Assembly: GCA_020160975.1 (NCBI GenBank)
Contig: JAIUPJ010000001.1
Location: forward strand, 360,001-392,000
From: Candidatus Saccharimonadota bacterium
GTDB taxonomy: Bacteria > Patescibacteriota > Saccharimonadia > Saccharimonadales > Saccharimonadaceae
Length of the DNA stretch: 32,000 bases
Reading direction: 5' to 3'
Shown: one piece after another, positions 24,781 through 31,042 of the stretch
How the letters are laid out: each line of letters starts with the position of its first letter
Position numbering within the stretch: the stretch's first letter is position 1
Notes under the pieces: generated by a model
What the model saw: only the letters and a program-made list of their open reading frames with translations
What the model was told of the DNA's origin: nothing
Database searches by the model: none
Position numbers and translations under genes: made by a program

Positions 24781-26919
24781 TTATAATTTTACCCGTCGTA
24801 AGAACTGTGCGTTGATAGCAACGATAATGGTCGAGAGCGACATTAGAACAGCTCCTAGTGCTGGCGAGAGGACAAAACCAAGTACCGAGGTAACACCAGC
24901 AGCTAGTGGAATCGCCAGAGCATTATAACCAGTCGCCCAAGCAAGGTTTTGAAGCATCTTGCTGTAGGTACGTTTTGAAAGCGTCACGATTTTCGCCACA
25001 CCTCGTGGGTCGCTGCTTGCGAGCACGATTCCAGCCGACTCAATCGCCACATCCGTACCCGCACCAATCGCAATGCCGATATTAGCTTGTGTCAGTGCCG
25101 GTGCATCATTTACTCCATCACCGACCATCGCTACCCGGCTGCCGTCGGCCTGTAACTTCTTGACCGTCTCGGCTTTGTTTTCGGGCAAGACTTCGGCGAA
25201 GTACTCTTTTATACCAAGTTCTTTTGCTACCCATGCCGCCACACCCTTGCTATCACCCGTCAGCATAGCAACTCGCTTACCCATACTGTGAAGTGTTGCC
25301 ACAGCTTCCTTTGATTCCTCACGAATAACATCGGCAAGTAGAATAGCTCCGAGTACCGTCTTATTTTCGATAACATACACGACAGTTTTTCCATCAGTTG
25401 AGGCTTCGCCTGTGGCTGTTTGCAGTTCATCGTCTAGTTCAATATCCAATTCTTCGAGTAATCTCGGCCCACCGACGTAGACGCTTTTTCCGTCAGCCTT
25501 GGCTCGTACACCACGACCAGAAAGTGCCGAAAAGTCAGTGGTGTGAGTTTCCGGCACATTTTGACCGTGTGCATACTGGAAAATCGCTTTCGCAATTGGG
25601 TGTTCTGATTCACGCTCAAGAGCAGCAGCAAGGCCAAGAACATGGTTCTTGTCTTTAGCAATGACATCAACCACACCCTGCTCACCCTTTGTCAGCGTAC
25701 CTGTCTTATCAAACAATACGACGTCGATATTGCGTGCCGCTTCGAGTGCCATTCGTTCACGCACCAGCAGCCCATTCTTTGCCGCTAGCGTCGTAGAGAT
25801 AGCCGTGACAAGTGGGATAGCCAAACCAAGAGCATGTGGACAAGCAATCACTAACACCGTTACGACTCGCTCAAAAATAAACCCAGCCGACTCACCAGCC
25901 AGCCACCAACCAATAAGCGTCAGTAAGGCTGCACCGATAGCAATAAATGTAAGATAAAAAGCCGCTTTGTCTGCGAGTACTTGTGTTTTTGACTTGCTAG
26001 TCTGAGCGTCTTCAACCAGCTTCATGATGCCAGCAAGTGCCGTATCGCTGCCGACTTTCGTGACTTCAATTGTCAGTGCTCCATTAGCGTTAATTGTACC
26101 CCCAATTACCTCGGCTCCAATCGCTTTCTTTACCGGCTTTGATTCACCCGTAAGCATTGACTCGTTTATCTCGGATTCACCTTTGATGACAGTCCCGTCT
26201 ACAGGTACTTGAGTACCCGGGCGAACAAGTATCATATCACCGACTTTGAGCTGGCTGACAGAGACAGTGCGGCTTTTCCCATGTTCGAGTAACTCCGCCT
26301 CATCGGGTAGTAACTTGGCAAGTTCGTTTAACGCACCTTGTGCACTTTCCACCGACGCCATTTCTAGCCAGTGACCAAGCAACATAATCGTCACTAATGT
26401 GGCCAGTTCCCACCAGAAGTCCATACCACTAACGAGCTTGAGCGTGACGAGGCTGCTATAAATAAACGCAACGGTAATCGCCATTGAAATAAGCGTCATC
26501 ATGCCAGGCTGCTTAGCTGCAAGCTCGGCCTTGGCACTCTTTAGGAATACTAAGCCGCCATAGAAAAAGATAATCGCACCAAAAATAGCTGGAATATATT
26601 CGCTGCCAGGAAACATCAGCTCAAAGCCTAGCCAGCCCTGAACGGTGTGCGAAAACAACAGCGTCGGGATAGTCAGCAGAAGACCCAGCCAAAACTTTTG
26701 CTTGAACATATTAGGGCTATGTCCAGCGTGCTTGTCATGGTCGTGTTCATGGGACGGCTGTACCTTTGTCTTTTCTAAAGCCATATGGCACTTCGGACAC
26801 ATGCCTGGCTTGTCTGATGTTACATCAGGGTGCATTGGGCAAGCATACTGCATATCTGACTGTGTGAGCATGGCGTCGTGGCTCATACCTTGGTGATGGT
26901 GATGTTCGTGATGATTCAT
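24781..26919 (-). CDS. copB: Heavy-metal (copper-type) P1B ATPase with a CPH transmembrane motif and a His-rich N-terminus
   Basis: 712 aa. Motifs present are TGES, DKTGTLT, SEHPIAKAI, GDGVNDAPAL and the TM motif VIACPHALGL. The N-terminus is MNHHEHHHHQGMSHD, followed by CPMHPDVTSDKPGMCPKCHM and SHEHDHDKHAGH. Confidence 0.9.
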   Translation of the reverse strand: MNHHEHHHHQGMSHDAMLTQSDMQYACPMHPDVTSDKPGMCPKCHMALEKTKVQPSHEHDHDKHAGHSPNMFKQKFWLGLLLTIPTLLFSHTVQGWLGFELMFPGSEYIPAIFGAIIFFYGGLVFLKSAKAELAAKQPGMMTLISMAITVAFIYSSLVTLKLVSGMDFWWELATLVTIMLLGHWLEMASVESAQGALNELAKLLPDEAELLEHGKSRTVSVSQLKVGDMILVRPGTQVPVDGTVIKGESEINESMLTGESKPVKKAIGAEVIGGTINANGALTIEVTKVGSDTALAGIMKLVEDAQTSKSKTQVLADKAAFYLTFIAIGAALLTLIGWWLAGESAGFIFERVVTVLVIACPHALGLAIPLVTAISTTLAAKNGLLVRERMALEAARNIDVVLFDKTGTLTKGEQGVVDVIAKDKNHVLGLAAALERESEHPIAKAIFQYAHGQNVPETHTTDFSALSGRGVRAKADGKSVYVGGPRLLEELDIELDDELQTATGEASTDGKTVVYVIENKTVLGAILLADVIREESKEAVATLHSMGKRVAMLTGDSKGVAAWVAKELGIKEYFAEVLPENKAETVKKLQADGSRVAMVGDGVNDAPALTQANIGIAIGAGTDVAIESAGIVLASSDPRGVAKIVTLSKRTYSKMLQNLAWATGYNALAIPLAAGVTSVLGFVLSPALGAVLMSLSTIIVAINAQFLRRVKL

Positions 26920-27200
26920 TATTTACCCCTCACATTGTGTAGCTCGTATAGTTGTGATAGCTCGCTTAGTGCCTTCTCTTGTTGTTTTTCATCGCCAGAT
27001 GCCATCATTGCCTTAATATGTGTAGCGATATGGTTTTCAAGCACCAGCTTGTTGAGCGACGCCAGAGACTTCTGAATAGCAAGACTTTGCGTCAAAATAT
27101 CCATGCAATACACATCTCCATCAATCATTTTTTGCAAACCCTTGAACTGGCCTTCGATTATCTTGGACCTGTGTGTCGTTCTCTCTTTTACTGTCTTCAT
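26919..27200 (-). CDS. csoR: CsoR/RcnR-family metal-sensing transcriptional repressor
   Basis: 93 aa. The segment ..IIEGQFKGLQKMIDGDVYCMDILTQSLAIQKSL..LENHIATHI.. carries the family ligand positions Cys, His and then His where CsoR has Cys. The stop overlaps the ATPase ATG by 1 nt. Confidence 0.85.
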   Translation of the reverse strand: MKTVKERTTHRSKIIEGQFKGLQKMIDGDVYCMDILTQSLAIQKSLASLNKLVLENHIATHIKAMMASGDEKQQEKALSELSQLYELHNVRGK

Positions 27201-27203
27201 AGA

Positions 27204-27237
27204 TTCTATGATATACCCCCCTGGGGTATATTGTCAA
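27204..27237 (-). promoter_or_regulatory. Promoter with an embedded CsoR-type operator; probably produces a leaderless csoR transcript
   Basis: On the minus strand, TTGACA (27237..27232) is followed by an 18-nt spacer and TATCAT (27213..27208), then 7 nt and the ATG. The spacer is the palindrome ATATACCCC-nnn-GGGGTATAT (27211..27231). That is the G/C-tract-in-AT-arms architecture known for CsoR operators. There is no Shine-Dalgarno sequence before the ATG. Confidence 0.65.
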
Positions 27238-27307
27238 CAACGTAAACCATTCATGATTAGCCCATCAATAAACAGACTGGAGTACTATGTTTATGTTAGA
27301 ATTACCG

Positions 27308-27325
27308 TGCTTCTCTCCTGCTATT
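27308..27325 (+). repeat. Right copy of the 18-bp direct repeat TGCTTCTCTCCTGCTATT
   Basis: An exact match to 21338..21355. It lies 108 bp upstream of the csoR ATG. Confidence 0.9.
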
Positions 27326-27424
27326 TATTGTTCAAACATCCTACAAAGCCACGCTTTTGGGTCGTCGTTTAGCATTAATCGTTCGACTAGCCCCTCTTCC
27401 TCAACAAACAGAAGTATAAGTGGT

Positions 27425-27571
27425 AAAATAGATGTCGATGTACTCGTTGCTAAAGCTACTCAAAAGCTTGGCGAAGTCACCTTTCAGCAAAAGAAACATA
27501 TTGTTGAGCGAGTTATTAATAAAGTTATTGCAAGTCCGCAGGAGGTCACCATATGGGGTCAAATACCCTTA
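27425..27571 (+). pseudogene. Remnant resembling the C-terminal end of a large serine recombinase
   Basis: The frame translates to KIDVDVLVAKATQKLGEVTFQQKKHIVERVINKVIASPQEVTIWGQIPL. This resembles the conserved tail of recombinase-family proteins (..FEEKR.ii..lv.kV.v....v.I.g.iP). No catalytic domain lies upstream. The track ORF 27287..27679 begins with low-complexity sequence and runs into ychF. This is a recognition-based call only. Confidence 0.35.
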
Positions 27572-27602
27572 ACAGCTGTTTTAGCCACAAGAAAGGTCAA
27601 GA

Positions 27603-28685
27603 ATGAGCCTGTCCATCGGCATAGTCGGACTGCCAAATGTTGGCAAGTCTACCCTCTTCAATGCGTTAACGCACAATGATATTCTTGCGGCTAACTATCC
27701 ATTTGCGACAATCGAGCCAAATACAGGTGTCGTACCTGTCCCTGATGAGCGCCTGGAAGCACTCGCAAAGCTCTACAGCTCCGAAAAGATCGTCCCAGCG
27801 ACGGTGTCGTTCGTCGACATCGCCGGTCTCGTAGCAGGCGCCAGTAAGGGCGAAGGGCTTGGCAACAAGTTTTTGGCCAACATCCGCGAGTGTGATGCCA
27901 TTGTGCACATTGTTCGTGCGTTTGAAAATGATGATATCATCCATGTCAGCCACGGCATCAACCCCCAACGCGACATTGAGACGATCGAAACCGAGCTCAT
28001 GCTCGCGGATATCGAGACCATCGACCGCGTACTCCCACGCCTACAAAAAGAATCAAAGGCACAGCCAAAGGCAAAGGGTTCGGTACAACTGCTCGAATCG
28101 CTCCGTACCTCACTCGAGCAAGCCGACCCACTTCCTGCTCGTGCCCACACTGCAGAGCTCAAAGAACTTGGGCTACAGCTCCTATCTGCAAAGCCCGTCA
28201 TCTATGTGTTCAATGTCAACGAAGAAACACTCGTCAATGCCGAGGCAAAAGCTGCGCTCACCGCCCTGGCGCGCGAATCAAAAGCGCTGTTCATCTGCGC
28301 CAAGCTCGAGGACGAGCTCAAAGGGCTAAATCCTAGCGACGCCGCCGAGCTACTCGATAGTTACGATATTCCCGAGGCCGGTCTCGTACAAATGATTCAC
28401 GCGGCCTATGATATCCTCGGCCTGCAGAGTTACTTGACTGCTGGGCCAAAAGAAGTCCGCGCGTGGACCATCAAAAAAGGTGCCACGGCACCGCAAGCTG
28501 CTGGTGTGATTCACGGCGACTTTGAGCGCGGATTTATCGCGGCGCAGATCATTGATTATCATGACCTCGTCGCCGCAGGCAGCGAAACAGCCGCAAAAGC
28601 CGCTGGCAAAGTCCGCACCGAGGGAAAAGACTATATCATGCAGCCCGATGACGTGGTAGAGTTTCGATTCAACGTCAGCAAATAA
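27603..28685 (+). CDS. ychF: Redox-regulated ATPase YchF (Obg-like GTPase family)
   Basis: 360 aa. The N-terminus MSLSIGIVGLPNVGKSTLFNALT is followed by ..ATIEPNTGVVPVPDERL.. and ..DIAGLVAGASKGEGLGNKFL... The C-terminal TGS-like end reads VRTEGKDYIMQPDDVVEFRFNV. Confidence 0.95.
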   Translation: MSLSIGIVGLPNVGKSTLFNALTHNDILAANYPFATIEPNTGVVPVPDERLEALAKLYSSEKIVPATVSFVDIAGLVAGASKGEGLGNKFLANIRECDAIVHIVRAFENDDIIHVSHGINPQRDIETIETELMLADIETIDRVLPRLQKESKAQPKAKGSVQLLESLRTSLEQADPLPARAHTAELKELGLQLLSAKPVIYVFNVNEETLVNAEAKAALTALARESKALFICAKLEDELKGLNPSDAAELLDSYDIPEAGLVQMIHAAYDILGLQSYLTAGPKEVRAWTIKKGATAPQAAGVIHGDFERGFIAAQIIDYHDLVAAGSETAAKAAGKVRTEGKDYIMQPDDVVEFRFNVSK

Positions 28686-28863
28686 CGAAGTCTACCCGTG
28701 CTCTTATTGTGTATTGATACCGAGCAGGATTTATTTCTGTAAAATCTATACACCTACGTTTCAAAACCTCCCACTCCGCACCCCGCTACGCGCCTAGTAT
28801 CTTTTACAGAGATACTAGGGCTGCAGTCGCTGTACAATGCGTCGCAGAGGTTTTGAGACTCAG

Positions 28864-28892
28864 GTCTGTACATCTTCCGGAAAAGAACAGAC
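28864..28892 (+). terminator. Candidate ychF terminator hairpin
   Basis: GTCTGT-aca-TCTT-ccggaa-AAGA-ACAGAC is followed by a T-rich stretch, tattaattttctactttg. It sits about 180 nt after the ychF stop, so the assignment is uncertain. Confidence 0.3.
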
Positions 28893-28978
28893 TATTAATT
28901 TTCTACTTTGAATCATCCGTATGATAGGAAAACCTATTTGGTTTTACCTATAATTATACAAATGAGAAGAGGCCGCAC

Positions 28979-29015
28979 CGGGCCCTGCCAACGCTTGATT
29001 GCGTCGCAGGGCCCG
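28979..29015 (-). terminator. GC-rich hairpin just 3' of the high-GC surface-protein gene
   Basis: The arms CGGGCCCTGC and GCAGGGCCCG form a 10-bp stem with a 17-nt loop, 20 nt downstream of the stop at 29036. There is no clear T-run. Confidence 0.35.
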
Positions 29016-29035
29016 ATAACGGCCTCAGAAATCAG

Positions 29036-30014
29036 TCATCTTCTCTCTTGGCGGCGCCGCCGCCACGCCACCAGCAGAACCAAGATCCCGAGAGCCAGGG
29101 CAATGCCCAGACCGATCGGCAGGACGAACGACTCGCCTGGCAACTTGGGCGTCGCGGTCAGGGTTGACCCGTCCGCGCTCTCATTCAAGCTGTTCTGGTC
29201 GGTGTCCGCTGGCAGCGGACCCTCCGAGTTCGGCGGGATGACCTGGTTCGTCTGGTTCGGCTGGTCGACATACCCTGGTGTTGAGGGGGTGCCGACGACG
29301 AGAGTCGCGGTGCGGGTTGACCCGTCCGCGCTCTTGATCCAGCTGTTCTGGTCGGTGTCCGCTGGCAGCGGATCCTTCCAGGTCGGCGGGATGACCTGGT
29401 TCGGCTTGTTCGGCGGGTCGACAGACCCTGGTGTCGAGGGAATGTCGACGACGATGACGGGTGGGATGACCACCACGCCGTCGTCCGACGGAAGCCCGAA
29501 GACCTTGGGGGCCGTCGTCTCGTCCGTCCAGGTGCTCCCCTCGACAACGAGAGTCGCGGTGCGGGTTGACCCGTCCGCGCTCTCACTCCAGTCGATCTTG
29601 TCGGTGTCCGCTGACAGCGGATCCTTCCAGGTCGGCGGGATGACCTGGTTCGGCTGGTTCGGCGGGTCGACAAACCCTGGTGTTGAGGGAATGTCGACGA
29701 CGCACGAGAACGGGCGAACGGTGCCGCCGTACGTGCTGTAGTACGGCAAGCCGGTTGGGTCACCGTCCCTGAGCCACATGATCGTGGGCCGGAGCAGGCG
29801 CCTCCTCCTCGGTGACTGTCGGAGCGACGGTCTCCTCTGCTGGCTCGGGAGCCGGCGGGGTGTCGACGACGTCGGAGGCAGCCGGAACGACCGCCTCCGA
29901 GGTCGCGACGACCTCGGTCTGGCTGGGAACGTCATCGGCCGAAGCCGAAGACGCTCCCATGAAGGTCAGGCCGGCGGCAAGGATGCCACAGGCCAGCTTA
30001 CGCGAAATCTTCAC
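29036..30014 (-). pseudogene. High-GC, repeat-containing, C-terminally anchored surface protein gene, interrupted by a frameshift
   Basis: GTG start at 30014 with a GAGGAA RBS. The signal peptide is MKISRKLACGILAAGLTFMGASSASA, followed by an Ala/Pro/Glu/Thr-rich spacer (frame a, stop at 29760). The sensible continuation is in another frame: ..WLRDGDPTGLPYYSTYGG, then three copies of a roughly 51-aa repeat. The C-terminus is ..KLPGESFVLPIGLGIALALGILVLLVAWRRRRQERR, a sorting-signal-like motif plus TM plus basic tail. The N-terminal part of the track ORF 29036..29935 is Arg/Pro/Ser noise from the wrong frame. Confidence 0.6.
29151..29705. repeat. Three intragenic copies of a roughly 153-nt repeat (starts 29151, 29304, 29553)
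   Basis: Each copy begins GTCGCGGT(C/G)(A/C)GGGTTGACCCGTCCGCGCTC.. and continues ..GGTGTCCGCTG(G/A)CAGCGGA(T/C)CC..GGCGGGATGACCTGGTTCG... Copies 1 and 2 are adjacent, with a period of 153 nt. Copies 2 and 3 are separated by an extra 96 nt. Confidence 0.85.
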
Positions 30015-30027
30015 AGTATTCCTCGTT

Positions 30028-30061
30028 TCTGTTCGGATGGATAGTCTGTTCGGATGGATAG
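30028..30061. repeat. Perfect tandem duplication of 17 bp (TCTGTTCGGATGGATAG x2) just upstream of the surface-protein RBS
   Basis: 30028..30044 is identical to 30045..30061. The repeat lies 14-47 nt upstream of the GTG start at 30014, at the boundary where GC content changes. Confidence 0.85.
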
Positions 30062-30080
30062 AAATGGATGACTTGATTGT

Positions 30081-30107
30081 TAATCGCTCGCATCTAGCGA
30101 GCGATTA
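30081..30107. promoter_or_regulatory. Perfect 11-bp palindrome TAATCGCTCGC-atcta-GCGAGCGATTA (operator or terminator candidate)
   Basis: Read directly from the sequence. It lies between the tlyA stop (30264) and the surface-protein start (30014), and has no adjacent T-run. Confidence 0.3.
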
Positions 30108-30263
30108 TCGCTCAAGCCAGCCACGAACACTGCACCCCACCTCACGTGTTGGCAAGGTGCTATGCTACCACTATATTATCACATTTACCTGAAAAAGTAA
30201 ATGGTAACCGTATTCAAGCTATACACCACTTCCATACCGGACAGCGGCTGCATCCTGGACATA

Positions 30264-31028
30264 CTACTTCGCTACCTTTTTCAGCACATAGAACCGCTCT
30301 TGGTTACCCCGTGCACCTTTGATATCGCTATCCGCCTTGTCGACAATTACAAAATACTGCTTGGCCCACTGCTCAAACCCTCTTAGAATACTGCGGCGCA
30401 CGCTATCGTTCTTAATCACCCCACTGCTACCAATTTGCCCATGAGTGGCCTCGAACTGTGGCTTCACCATGGCTAAAATCACCGCCGCAGGACCACAAAG
30501 CGCTGCGACCGATGGCAAGATTTGCTGAAGGCTCACAAAAGACACATCGATCACCACGATGTCTGGCTGGGTGGCAATCTCGATGCGAGCGTTACGTTCA
30601 CCTTTTTCCTTATTTGCTACTATGACATCGCGAATATCAGTTTTTTCGTGCAACTCAATCCGCTCATCGCCCCGTAAGCTCGGGTGCAGTTGATCCGTCC
30701 CAATATCCACAGCAATGACTTTTTTGGCTCCATGTTGCAGTGCGTAATCAGTAAAGCCGCCGGTACTGCTGCCGACATCGAGCACAGTAGTACCAGCAAA
30801 CTGAACTCCGAATTTATTCACAACACTCGCCAGCTTCAATCCCGCTCGGCTGACATACTGCTCGGGAGCGGATAATTCAATACGCGCCGACTCATCCACA
30901 AAATACCCCGGCTTTGTCACCTCCCTGCCATCGACTGTCACGCGACCAAGCTTAATCCAACTCTCCGCCTGTGAGCGCGTGGGAGTCAAGCCTCGTATCG
31001 TTACTGCGTGGTCAAGCCGCTGTTTCAT
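30264..31028 (-). CDS. tlyA: TlyA-family rRNA 2'-O-methyltransferase (S4 domain plus FtsJ-like methyltransferase)
   Basis: 254 aa. The motifs present are ..RLDHAVTIRGLTPTRSQAESWIKLGRVTVDGREVTKPGYFV.., YVSRAGLKL and VLDVGSSTGGFTDYALQHGAKKVIAVDIG. Confidence 0.9.
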   Translation of the reverse strand: MKQRLDHAVTIRGLTPTRSQAESWIKLGRVTVDGREVTKPGYFVDESARIELSAPEQYVSRAGLKLASVVNKFGVQFAGTTVLDVGSSTGGFTDYALQHGAKKVIAVDIGTDQLHPSLRGDERIELHEKTDIRDVIVANKEKGERNARIEIATQPDIVVIDVSFVSLQQILPSVAALCGPAAVILAMVKPQFEATHGQIGSSGVIKNDSVRRSILRGFEQWAKQYFVIVDKADSDIKGARGNQERFYVLKKVAK

Positions 31029-31042
31029 AGGTCTATTATAGA

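Larger units (their letters stand above)
21338..27325. mobile_element. Putative fixed genomic island or cassette carrying the metal-resistance operon, bounded by 18-bp direct repeats
   Basis: The perfect direct repeat TGCTTCTCTCCTGCTATT occurs at 21338..21355 and 27308..27325. A ychF 5' relic lies outside the left end. A recombinase-like remnant followed by intact ychF lies outside the right end. GC sampled by eye is lower here than in the pilus locus. Confidence 0.45.

Noticed and set aside
27287-27679. Track ORF of 130 aa on the plus strand, considered as an intact gene.
   Set aside because: It starts in low-complexity Ser-rich sequence, has no RBS, and its last 25 codons are an out-of-frame read-through into ychF. 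Only the central 49 aa look protein-like, and I treat them as a recombinase remnant.
28860-28895. A possible SRP (4.5S) RNA, suggested because CAGGTC...CCGGAA..GAACAG resembles the helix-8 consensus.
   Set aside because: The apical loop is not a GNRA tetraloop closed by C-G (c-GGAA-a). The symmetric and asymmetric loop nucleotides do not fit. No long pairing of flanking 5' and 3' arms could be drawn.
28908-29763. Long ORFs in other frames of the high-GC segment (28908..29741 on the plus strand, 277 aa; 29185..29763 on the minus strand, 192 aa).
   Set aside because: High GC suppresses stop codons in all frames. These translations are Arg/Pro/Ser/Gly-rich low-complexity sequence without a signal peptide, start context or repeats that make sense. 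Only the minus frame carrying the signal peptide, repeats and anchor is coherent.
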